A stretch of 44,645 nucleotides of DNA from Octopus bimaculoides (taxonomy: Eukaryota): assembly GCF_001194135.2 (NCBI RefSeq), contig NC_068990.1, positions 80,463,640-80,508,284 of the forward strand, in the 5' to 3' direction. The translations under genes and the position numbers were made by a program. Every line of letters begins with the position of its first letter. The stretch's first letter is position 1. The notes under the pieces are model-generated. The model was given only the letters and a program-made list of their open reading frames with translations. It did not search any database and was not told the origin of the DNA. Shown here piece after piece: positions 10,201 through 22,990 of the stretch.

Positions 10201-11909
10201 CAACTACAATAAGAATTTAAAAAAAATAATAACAACAACAAACAACATTAAAAATTACATGAACGCCAAAAACACCTACAAAAACAACAAAACAATAACT
10301 TGTAGATATGAATGTCATGAGCAGAATGATGAAAGCAGAGATAAATATGTTTATACGCATGTGATGTAGATGCCAAATACCATTTTTCATTTTATGTATT
10401 TCTATGTATTATTATCTTTGAAGAGACAAAAAACTACGAGTTTTTAACCAAATTAGGGAACTAGGCTTTTTTTTTATAAGAACATAGTAATAATCTTAAC
10501 ATAAAAGAAAATATTTTTTTATGAAAATATATTGTAATATGTTTCAGTAAACATTTATGTTGTTTGTTTAAGAACAAAAATTACTTACAAAAACACATTT
10601 AATGTGCGTTCACATCAGTTGTCTAGTGGGTGAGGTAGAAAATTAAGAGCACGAAATCCACGAACAACAGTCCTCAGAGATGAGAACCTCTTTTCTGATT
10701 AGCTAAAACTCTAATGAAAACCTGAGTACAAAGAGTAACTTCAAATAATTCAAAATCAAACTTAACGGATAGAACAAACATAGGCAAACATTAATGCAAT
10801 TGAATCAGGTAAAAGCGCAAAGGGTTAAAACAGGCCAAACTATGTATGGCGAGTTGAAGTTAAATTCTGAAGATAATGTAATGTAACTGATTTCATGACA
10901 TAAAATGGCCATCTGCAATGGAAACTAAAAATGAAAATAGTAAAAATGTCAATAAATAACGTTGGAACTTCAAACGTAGCAGTATACAAAACTGATGATA
11001 CTCCTATACGAAGCTGAATACAAGTAGCTGTGAAAGAAAGACTCAAGAAATATGTTATTTTTAATACTCATAGAGAATAATGGCTTGCTCATCGTTTAAG
11101 ACAAATAAATGTATTATTTTAACGTAAATTTAGCAATAAGTCTTCAAACATTAATCCAGGAACCCCGAACCAATATTTATAGCACAAGAACATGTATTAT
11201 TGCTTTTTATTTCTGAAAGAAACAAAAATATAGAACAACAAAGTATACCGGTTGGTAAGTACATACTGCATATCTTAATAGCATACATGAAACTTTTGAT
11301 AAGGAATGTATGTGCATATACTGATACCATTTCCTATAAGAAGATTAAAAGTGGTGCGAAATGGTGTTTGTTAACGCAGTGGCCAATTATTGCAGTATCA
11401 TCAAAATGGATATATGAATCTATACACGCTAGAACTCAGCGTACCCAAATATTGAATTTTATACAGGATAAACCTTTGAAATACGCTATAATAACTTACA
11501 TAACTAGTGGGACCCGCAAGTAAATCGTAGTTTCTTGATAGACACTTGAGACTAGAAAAAAATATCACCAGGAGCATTTCTCTGTTACACTGCATAATAA
11601 ATGCATTATTCTTAACGGTGTTCACAGGGATACACACACGCACATATGTGCATGCGTATGTGAGTGTGTGTGTATGTGAGTATGTGTGTTTCTCTGTGTG
11701 TGTGCACGGACATCGTAAATGATCATAAATTCTAAATAGATAGTCATTATACAGATGACTTAAAACTGTCAGAATCTTTTGAATATAAAATATAATAATA
11801 TTTCTTAACGTTTTGGTCCAAGAAATTTACGTGAATCTATTTGCTGAATCTTGCTGTATGCATGAAAGAAAAAAAAAACTCATAGACAAAAGAAACTGAG
11901 AGAGTGTGT

Positions 11910-11946
<37 letters not shown>

Positions 11947-12419
11947 TGTGTGTGTGTGTGTGTGTGTTTGGGGAAGGGAGTATTGAAAATATTTCATACA
12001 ACTATAGAATGCCATGAATAGTAATGAAAACCAGAGAAGAGGAAAGCATGGATAACATAATATTGAGGATTTAGGTCGAATACTTTAACAGAGTTGGCCG
12101 ATACTTAGAAGGCGTCGTACATAAGCTGTATATAGAACCAAAGGCTTGCCGCAATTAAAAAATGCACGGCTTGATGACCGGTAGAAAGAACTCTAGTTTA
12201 AGTCATGATAAATTTTGATCGATTTCGTAAATACGACCGCCATGGTATTTTTCTATGTAACATTCATAACAAACTTTGAGTATTAGATGTTTATTTCTGA
12301 AAAGTTGTGATGTTCACTGTATGAAATTACCTGCAACAGTTATGTGACCAAATTTGGTGCTGTTGCTGCGCTCCGCTTGTTCGCAAAACATTATCTTCTC
12401 ACCTACATGGCAGGAAAAT

Positions 12420-12510
12420 ATGACATCGGCAGGATTTGAACCCAGAGTATAAAGAGCAGTAACAAATCTCGCAAGGTGTTTTCTTCGCTCTAACGAATCT
12501 GCCAGTACCG
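12420..12510 (-). mobile_element. Degenerate tRNA-derived SINE head
   Basis: GGATTTGAACCCAG (B box, reverse complement) and CTAACGAATCTGCCAG (A box, reverse complement). Confidence 0.55.
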
Positions 12511-14249
12511 ATATTCACAACTTGCAACACTTTCTTATACTAACGTTGACAACAGTCCCTTGTTGGTTCATTATATTTGAATATAGGCACATATAATACT
12601 TCGTGAAGCCACATTGGTTTGGGTATATTTGTTAACCCATATAGTTATAGAAACAATCGGGTATCTTAGAATGCTCTATAGAATAGCGATAGAGTTTTTG
12701 TAAAAGTTTTTGACGATAATATTTCTATTTCTCATTACCACAATATCTTCTGAACCTGAAGATAATGTCTCGATTTATTATCGTTCTTACTGTTTCCCTC
12801 CGAAGATATCTATATGAAGACATTTTCATGGTGCTATTTTCTCGTCGAAACGTCTTTGTACCGATGTTGAAATACAGATGATATGTTTCGGAAAATCTCT
12901 TCAAATCTTGCGAGCTTAGTGGCCCACCCTCCAAGATTGCGCAATAAATCCCACACGCACTCGCATGCACACACGCGCACACATATAAACCTATTGTGTG
13001 TGTCTATGTGCAAATTCAAATATAAACTGATGGAAGATGTGTTACATAAAATGGTGGATTAAGCCTATATGGACAGAATTTCAATATATCCCTATCAAAA
13101 TAGCGAATGATTTCTCTCTGACGTAAGATGTAATGGATATACAACTGGAAAAAGAATTAACTGAAAGATGTAATTAAGTTCGTGATTAATAATCCATAAA
13201 TTTCGTTTGCAGATAAAATATTTAAACAAGTAAGGGGCATCCCAACGGGTCATAAATGTAATCTGATAGTGGCTGACATGTTTATTATGGGTGATTATAG
13301 TTTTCTTAATGGTTTCTACAACTATAAAAGTAGGTTCTCATTAGCGAACTTAGCGGATGTTACCATTACACAGATGATAGTTTTGCTCTAAATTACGTTG
13401 TTTTTTTAATTTTTAATATCCACTTCATAAAATTTATTCCAGTGATTTGGAAACGGAATGTCTCAGATGTTAAAAAGAAGTGAATTAGATGTTACGATAG
13501 AGAATAGCAATAATTTGATAATAAATGTTTATATGAAATTAATTATTTTAATTTTGAAGGACGCCAATGTCTTATGCCTGTAGCAACACACAAGATATTT
13601 TGGATCACAACAGTATAAGTTATTGCGGAATAGAAAATCGCTTTGATAAAATATGCCTTCACATGAAGCGAATAAATAGGCATGCTAACTAGACGCTTTA
13701 CTTAAGCCTTAAGCGGGCGTAGTCATATTTTTAAGAAGTGGGAAGTGTTTCAATCTTGCAGTTGAATCGTGATAATACATAGAATTCGATATATTTGAAA
13801 ATATACGTATATGTTCAAAATAAAGTTTAGCTAAATTTTTAATAGAATAATCTAATTTTTTTGAAGTATACTTTGTCATTATCTCCCTTTAGTGCTCTTT
13901 ATTTCCGCTTCTAAGTGTAATGTTACAGGCGAAAATTCTCACATATAAAATGACCATGGCATTCACTCGCAGGCGAGTATAACGTATTAGGATTAACCCA
14001 GCTTTAGCTGTTTTAGGTGGACATTCCTATCGTTTCGTTGACCGTGCAGATTATCCAGTATACGACATCACAAACATACACACACACACGCATGTGTAGA
14101 ATACACATACACACACAAACACACACACACGCATGTGTAGAATACACATACACACACAAACACACACGCACGCACGAACGAACACACACACACGCACAAA
14201 ACTATAGAGTTCTTGAGAACTACCCACAAGACACTATCTGGCAAAGTTG

Positions 14250-14600
14250 ATAGTGTAAGGCACCAAGGTTGAGTCAGATGAACCTAAAAGATACATTGGG
14301 GCAGCGGATCTCACATTCAAGAGTCGTTACTGCAAGCCCAAACATTCATTTGTTAACCCCGATAGAGAATACGAAACAGCTTTGTCGAAGTTCTCGAGTG
14401 AAATAAGTCCGCACGAATTTAAACCTACCTATTGGTCTATAATAGCAATTATACAGGAAAGAGAGTTCCAAGTCAATGATGCAGTGTGTCTTTTGTTTGT
14501 GAGAACAATTGAAAATTTTGACTCACAACAGTAACTGTTTGAACAAAGAAACTGGGCTGTTAGCGCATTGCATACGCGCGGCTAAATATCTTTTATGTAA
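14250..14600 (+). mobile_element. Penelope-like element GIY-YIG endonuclease remnant
   Basis: IV*GTKVESDEPKRYIGAADLTFKSRYCKPKHSFVNPDREYETALSKF..WSII, then CVFCL*E and LNKETGLLAHC..KYLL; matches the PLE IVY..YIG..FK.R..H.SF..LSK..W..CxLC..LLNKR pattern. Confidence 0.75.
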
Positions 14601-14863
14601 CAAGACTCTTTGAACACGCTCATATACAGTCATTGTTTTTCAAAAGAAAAATATTAATAAAAGTATTATTCAAAAGCATTTCTTTCAAACATTTCTAAAA
14701 CAGCAATGGCATTTCATGATTTCGGTCGAATGGAGTATAAAATGTTTGAAGTATAAGACGTATGGTGTATAAGACGGGAACCACCAATGAAATAGAAAAA
14801 GGAAGCTCGAAGCAGCTTGCGCTCATATATATCTATATACAGAGAGGGAGGGAGAGAAATATA

Positions 14864-14875
14864 TAGAGAAAGCGA

Positions 14876-14953
<78 letters not shown>

Positions 14954-14995
14954 GATAGAGAGTGAGAGAGAGAGAAAGAGAGCGAGCGAGAGATA
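14864..14995. repeat. (GA)n microsatellite
   Basis: Direct reading. Confidence 0.9.
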
Positions 14996-16211
14996 GAGTG
15001 CAAGTTCTTTGTTTCATAAGGACATTCTTGGTGGATATACCATACTATACTTTTCTTTTACTTATGTTAAATATATCATAATCCATAGGACGTAGGTGTT
15101 TTATGCCTGTAACTCAACTCATCTAAAGTTTCACAGAAATAGAATAGCTACGCTAACATATGACTTTATTCAAGATAACTTTAACATGTCTTTTTAAAAA
15201 GCGCTATTTTATAGTACATTCTACCTCTGCAGCAGACAATGACATGTTACTTAAATCTACAACTGATATTACATTCAATTAATGGAATAGACGATTTACT
15301 TCTTTCGCTAAATTTCATTTTTAAAAATATTTCAAAGCTAGATCAGTAATTAGAATTTTGTAAGATACAATGACATTGTGGGGGAAAAAAAATAAAAGTA
15401 GATATATTGTGAAATGAAAACTACACTCAACATGCATCACTACCGTGTCTCCAATGTTTATCATAGCAAACATGTGTAATGGTATTACTAGAAGTATAAT
15501 TTAAGACTATGCTACAACATTAACCAGACATTGCGTCTGCGGACAGGAGTTGTCTGTTTGATATATTACATATACGTGAGCAGCACAAAATACCCACACG
15601 ATTCTTGATTAATGATAAATTTATCATCTGCCTATTCTCATTAGAATGCAGTTACTACAGCTGTTGTGGTTTTACCACAAATTTTCACTGCGCATTCAGG
15701 TTTAAGATAAATAGATATTAATTTTGTGAACATTCCGTCGTTTACCTTGGGAATTTTCTAATCCGTACTATATCATCCAGGATATCCCCTTTAAGACGGT
15801 AGGCATTTATTCGAGGAAAATTTCACCACGGTTTCGAGTAGGTCAAGAGATTATATAAAGTTTCCGTAATGCAATATTTAAAGATAATTCTAAAAGGAAT
15901 ATGTCTTTATATAAACGAAAGGCTATAGAATAATTCTATCATATACATTGTGGTGGCGGTAGTCTAACAGGGATTTTTGGACCAGTTTTAAAAAGAGTGT
16001 CTTGAAGAGTAAAAATACCAACTAAATTTCTGAATAATATAAAATAAAGTGCACATTATTGTAGTTTTAGACAAAATTGTGAAATAGTATCGTATACGAG
16101 CTATAATACTAACCGTCTAATCCCCAGAGCCTCAAAAGGTTCACAGGAAAAAGGTTGAACAAGTGGGAGATGTAGTGGGATGAGTGGGATGTGTGATGTT
16201 TATATCTTGCC

Positions 16212-16355
<144 letters not shown>

Positions 16356-16356
16356 G

Positions 16357-16418
16357 AAGGTGGTGAGTTGGCAGAATCCCTAGCGTGCTGGTCGAAATGC
16401 TTAGCGGTATTTCGCACG
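16357..16418 (+). mobile_element. tRNA-derived SINE 5-prime fragment
   Basis: AAGGTGGTGAGTTGGCAGAATC..CGAAATGCTTAGCGGTATTTCG matches the 39820 copy. Confidence 0.75.
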
Positions 16419-16577
16419 TAAACCTTTATTTTACAACATATTGTAATAGATCCATAAGATGAGCCTTGCAAATTATTTTAAATGCCCAAAATATGAAAAC
16501 GTTGCGAGTGAAAGGAGTTAATCACTTTGTCCAATAATTAAGCAGTGTAAACAAGGTGAAAAAGCTGGTGTTGTTAC

Positions 16578-16900
16578 TCGTCGTCGTCGGCTTTATTTCG
16601 TATCCGAAAATCAATTTTCTCTTTTGCTGAATGCTTTTTTTATGGTAATGGCACTGATGACTCTGTAGACCAATTCTTGCATAGAATAGTCGATGGCATT
16701 GACTCGTTGGTGGAAAACGAGGTTGATTTTGTCGAGCCTTTCTCTTCTGTCGTTTGATATATTTCTTCTTCGCTTCTGGTGGCTTCGATGTTCTTGGTTT
16801 TGATGGTGATCTAACACCGCCACTTGTTATAATCTTGGGCTTATCTTTCAAACAATTTAAGCTCAATTCCAGTGGCTTTCAGTGTTGCTTTGTGTTATTA
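16578..16900 (-). mobile_element. RTE (BovB-like) LINE 3-prime end remnant
   Basis: TLKATGIE..AQDYNKWR, KRQKRKARQ and CHRLFYARIGLQSH (the RTE C-terminal C..F.ARIGL.SH finger); (GAC)n tail at 16578-16590. Confidence 0.75.
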
Positions 16901-18286
16901 CTACAGCTGAACTATTGTTTAGTCTCAAATCAGCTTTCATCCAGTAGGAACTATGAAAAATGACTTTACATGCTTACCATCCCATCTTATCTAAACGTAG
17001 TATATATCTCGGAATACATTAGCCACCTTGACGATTTTAAGGCGTAGGATATGATTCGAGGGAAATAGTTGCTATTTCCAGTAGGTTGGGCGCCAGGTTA
17101 GAGCTTGTATCGTCTCTTTGTTGTTCAGGCTTCAAGTGATTGTTAAAACTAGGTTTACATATCCAGCTACCAATAACTTTATCTTCCGGTACTTGTTACT
17201 CTTTTAGTAATAATAATGTACTTCATGCACTATTTTATAAGGAAAGAGCAGAAGTTCAGGAGATAAATATTGTAAAAGGACACAAGGAATCTAACATTTG
17301 TAAGGTGTGCTTTTAACTCGAAGCAGGAAAGATAATAAAGATATCAATACACGTTAACTTTCATTTCGGTTTTCTTGTAATGAGATATCAAGTTAATCTT
17401 GTCTCTTCCGTATGGAAACTGTTCAAAGTAAGTTGTTTTATTTATTGTTGTTTAGCCCTAAGTCAGCTCTGACTGAGTAAGACTGAGATGAAAGGAATTC
17501 CTCTCATAAAGATCGCATCTTTTTATATGTCAGTGCATACAACGTCCAACGTGTCCTTCGTGTGTGACTTGACAGTCATTTATCTGCCATTGCTAGCACT
17601 TCTAACAAGTGCATAGATAATCCTTCGTTGGTTCATTACAGTAGTGATTTAAGCCACGTCGGATGTGACGGATTATGCTTTTGATCAAAGGTATAGCATT
17701 CTATGCCCTTCAGGGCTATATATTCAGGCATATTTTATTGCGGCCACATGAAGCAATGTAATTTTTCGCTTTTCTATTTGGAGACGTGGTGTGTGAATTA
17801 AAATAGATTTGTAGCTATTTCAAGCATGTCTCCTTCCGCGTTGGCTTGTTGATGTGCATCGTTGGATGCTTTTCTCTCTGTCGTGTTAATTGCTAGACCT
17901 TGAATTCAATAATATCCTTGAATTCAATAATGCCATAGCAAAGATGTCTATGTACATCTATACATCCTATACATACTACCAACAGGAAATATACATATCT
18001 CACGAAACAGATCCTCACGAAATAGTACTCTCACGAAATAGATCCTCAAAAGTCTGAAATGGAAACCCTAGTACATTATGTGCTTCTAGGCACACAATAA
18101 GAATGGAATGATCATAGCTGAATTACTTTTGTTTATATCTTTACTAGATCATTGCTAACAGAGTACTCGAACCAGTGAAACATGAATGATAATAGATCGT
18201 ATCTGGTATATATATGTGTATATAGTTTGTGTAGTTTTCTGTCTTCACTCGTGATTTAATCGGACTCTCTGTCACTTTCTCTCTTT

Positions 18287-18405
<119 letters not shown>

Positions 18406-20539
18406 GCAATTGTAGTTTATTTCCAACATTTTCTTTAGTAATAAAACGTTTTGAATATCGATCGATTATATGTAGATATATGACGTTTGCGGACAGAAGA
18501 ATAGAGTGACAGCTGTTTAAGAGGACTTTATTTCTTCATTTTCTTTATGTCGGATAAAAGCAAATAATAACGATTAGTTTATTTACCTACCTTTACCTTA
18601 TTTAATAAATCTTCATATTACAGATATCTGACTTATAAGAATAAATTCTGCATAGCAACAAAATACAGAAAAGTAATATCTTACAAATATAATGAATATA
18701 TATTGAAAATTTTCATACTGCTTTCGAGAAAAAAAAAATTCTTACGAAACAACTTGTATTTACAGTTCATTTTTACACTATGAATTACATGATATGATTT
18801 TATCACATGAAATACTGAAAGGAAGAAGGTCGCCATCTTTTTTTTTGTTTTTTTACTTCGGCGGGGTCTGTAACACCAGTAAGGAGAAGAAACAAAAATA
18901 AAATAAAATAAATATATTCATTGTTAACTCTAATGGAAGAGTACTCACCAAACAAGGCAATGAGAAAACTAAATTTAAAAAATCACTTTGCATGAAACAA
19001 TTGAATGCAGACTGCACCCTGGTGGTGGATGCATCCAATGGCCCAAACACTAGTGTAAGGCCTCATCCAGAGCTGAAATGTTGTACACCAAATTTAGAAG
19101 TACCAGAAATGTTTGTCGCCCATCAAAGAAATGCCCTGTAAATTAGTGATCGTTCTGTCGTCTCGCCTGTAGAGGCATTACCTTGTTGGTCATGCAATAA
19201 TTTTCATTAATAAAATTAAACAAAATAGTGAGTTTAAGGGATCAAAAGGAAAAGTTGTATTTTAAAACGGGTGACGCATTGAGTTTCGTGCCAAGCAAGG
19301 AATGGAAATAATCGGAACTGTATTGCTTCTAAAGACCTTCAGAGAAAATATTGGTGACCCTAAGAAAAAACACAAAATGAAAGAGAATATATAAAACATT
19401 TATTATATTTCATGGTTTCTATGTATAAACAAACTAACAAACTAACATCTAAATATATTTCAAGAAAATCTCAGTGAAAGGCTACAGCTAAAACATCTTT
19501 ACATATAGTCTGGACATCATATTTCACACCCAAACGAAACCTTTCTGCGTGTTCGTGTATCCTTTTACGGCACGATGGTTGTCTGAAAATTCGCTAAGAG
19601 AGAATTTCTTCATAAATCTTAACGTAACTGATACAGACGTTTTAAAACTTCAGCAATTTCAAATTTCAATAGAAACAACTGTAAAAAACAAACTTGATTT
19701 ATTTTCCATAACTAGTCAACCAAAAGCACGTCTGGCATATCTATTTAGCATATCTAGTCCACCACCAGCAAAACCATATTTGATGCAAAATGAATAAATT
19801 GTGCTGCTGTAAGTTGTGTCGGATTATACAATTTAAAGAATGAATTACTCTATTGTTAACTGATAAGTTAGAAGACACATGAATAGCAAATCGGGATGTT
19901 ATATAACTCACGACTTATCACTGAAAATTTATTCATATAATTAAAAGATATTTATAGAAGATATACGACCATGTCTACACAAAATCATAGACATCTGCTA
20001 AAATATAGTTCAACTTCTCTCATAACAAAATAATTTCGGAATTTTAAACTGTTTCACAGAAAATTTTCTGTTGGTAAAGATTTCGTTATAATATGAATTT
20101 ATGCGTATCTACTTGCTCAGTCATCTTTCAAAATAATTTTACTTGACATAAAACAACAGGAAACGAAAGACAGCTTTGCTGAGACATGCGAGATTTCTTT
20201 TATAAAAGCCATTTTAAATTATTTAAGTTCAAGTTGTTTTTTCCGTCAACGAATTTCTAGACAATATAAATTATGTAGACCATGTATCACGATATCTCCC
20301 TCCCTTTCTTTCTTCCTATTTCTTTCTTTTCTCTCTCATTGTAGTTTTCTTTCTTTCCTTCTTTCTTTTTCCTTCCTTCCTTATTTCCATTCGTTCGTTC
20401 GTTTGTTCCTCTTTCATTCTTTCCTTCTTTGCTTCGTTCGTTCGTTCGTTCGTTCCATACTTCCTAGTTCTCCTTTCTCCGTCTCCTTCTTTCATGTCAG
20501 TCTTTGTCTTTTACATGGCATACAGGCAGGTACATCCAC

Positions 20540-20593
<54 letters not shown>

Positions 20594-21137
20594 AAATACA
20601 AAATGGGACAAGAACGCAAACGTGTAATTTACCGATTCCATAAGTGGAGAGGAACAGAGGAATGCATACAGATGTAAGGCAAAGTTACTCCTATAAAGGA
20701 AAAACATGTAATGACCATTATTTGTGTCTTGTCTTGTATATCACTTTGTGTAAAGACCATTATAACTGGAGCGTAACCCCGGATTTACTATATAGAATCT
20801 CTGACCCTGCCACAAGAATATGTGGAGTTCTTTACTAATCTAAACACTATTGTTAGTCTTGTGTACTAACAGAGAGCTTAAGAAGTATTTTCACCGTATT
20901 GATAACATCTCACAAATAACTCTATACATACATATATCTATGTCTGTCATTATTCAGTTTATTTCAAGATTTCTTGCCAATGGAGAAAGAACCGGTGTCT
21001 AACCTAGATTCAAGAACCCTTCATTGGAATTTCAACATCAACAACAGGGTATTTTTATATGTATGTGTGTATGTATGTATGCTTTATGTATATATTCGCA
21101 TGCAAATAGTTACATATCTAGACATGCTCATATATAT

Positions 21138-21305
21138 TCAAACGATGAACTTCTGGAAAGTTTTACAGATCTTTACAGTTCCAGTGGTAGATTGGATCTG
21201 TAGTCTTCGAATTAGCTTTCTCCTTACCATTTTTGAGAAGCTTAATTTCCCAAGATTGGTATTTAGGCAGTGTGTTACATATCCCAAGGCCTCAATAATT
21301 ACGTA
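21138..21305 (-). mobile_element. RLE non-LTR retrotransposon (R4/Dong-like) ORF C-terminus
   Basis: VIIEALGYVTHCLNTNLGKL..LQIQSTTGTVKICKTFQKFIV*, like the RLE C-terminal PVVIGALG..LG..GT.KI. Confidence 0.65.
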
Positions 21306-21404
21306 TATATGTGTGCATGTATTTATGTACGTATCTATGCATGTATGTACTATGTTTGTTTGTATGTATGTATGTATGTATGTATGTATGTATGAAAGAG
21401 TAGA

Positions 21405-21715
21405 AAATGAAGGAGTATTGATATTTCCGTGTGTGATTTGTAGGAAGAAATGTTTTAGTTTGCAGGCCTGGTCAGCCATCGGAGAAGCCACGGGAATCGA
21501 GTCCTTATAAATCATGATACAGCTATTGTTGACAACAGAACACGTGCAACCTGTGGAGAGGTGTACCGTTCACTTGGAGGATTAAAAAGACATGTCAAAA
21601 GACTTGATAATGTGACTCCGATTCCTTCTGTCAGCGAGCACAATCGTGCATTATATAATAAAATGTGCAGATCTTTGGCAGGGATCAAGTGTTATATAAC
21701 GGCCTCACATTGTCA
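21405..21715 (+). mobile_element. Decayed array of three C2H2-like fingers, probably a LINE ORF C-terminus
   Basis: FPCVICRKKCFSL(fs)GLVSH; TCGEVYRSLGGLKRH; NKMCRSLAGIKC. Confidence 0.5.
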
Positions 21716-22246
21716 ACGCCTCATTTCAATGATACTTTCTAGAAATAACATTGCTCGTATTCGAGAAAGCAGTCAATACGTTTGTATGTATGCATTAGTT
21801 TGTTAGTCGGCTATGTATCTAGTTAGTTAATTAGTTAGTAGTATGTAAACCTACATGGTTAGATAACCATTCAAATATTGTATAGAACTAAATGTCTACT
21901 GAGCATAATTGCTGAAGTCTAGCTTTCTACTTCGTTTTCAACTTGAGTTTCATAAACGATGTACTTTAAAGCATAATTCGGTTCTTTTGTAATAGTCTAT
22001 ATAGGATTTTGCCTTTTGGACGATGACGTTTCTCTAGCTTGTATATTGTTTACACATGCACTCATAAAATACGCATACACCTGGTCTCACATGCACACAT
22101 ACAAACACACACAGACGTCCGTTCAGATCTGTGTATTCGTATATTCATGCAAGAATATATTTACACACAATCACTTATATGTGTGTGTGAGTATGTGTAT
22201 GTGTGAGTGCCTATAAATGTACGTATGTATATGTATATACACACGT

Positions 22247-22287
<41 letters not shown>

Positions 22288-22896
22288 AACATATATGAAT
22301 ACTTATATACATACATACATATATGTATATTCAAGCAAATTGTACATACCCATTCATGTGTATGAAATACCGAATAATATCTATTTCACGTTAAGGGATA
22401 TCTCTACTGACATCTGCGTTGGTAACTCTCATCTCTTAGTAATTCCAAGAATGATATTTCAGATTTTCTTTTCTTTTCTTTTCCCCCCGAACACGGATCC
22501 CTATCACATTGAGATTCTACAACAGAAAAACCAAGTTTATTTCGGGTCTTAAACGAAATTCTAAGCCTTTCACAAACATCAATTTATGTGTTGATTCCAT
22601 ACTTTTAACACTAAACCGTAAAAACAGAACGTATCGCTGTTTTAATTCCATTCTTACTATTCGCTTTTATTCAATTTTTCTTTTTTAATATTTCTTTATA
22701 TCGTCATTGTTTTATTTTTGCTCACTTCTTAAACTACATTTCTTTCCACCCCTAATAATCTTTTTCTTTAGATGTTGTACCCATTAATAGTTACTTTCTT
22801 CGTTTTTCTTTTTCCTCATTCTCAATATCCCTTTTCCATTTTCTCTCTTTTAGTACTTTTTGATCCGTTTCCTTCTCCTCCTCTACCGCCCCACCT

Positions 22897-22990
22897 CTTC
22901 TTCTTCTTTTTCTTCTTCTTCTTCTTCTTCTTCTTCTTCTTCTTCTTCTTCTTCTTCTTCTTCTTCTTCTTCTTCTGCTGCTGCTGCTGC
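22897..22990. repeat. Compound (CTT)n(CTG)n microsatellite
   Basis: Direct reading; source of the poly-F/K/R ORF artefacts. Confidence 0.95.

Noticed and set aside
17040-17860. Probable dispersed repeat fragments
   Set aside because: Familiar-looking but no second copy or protein motif in the window to support a call
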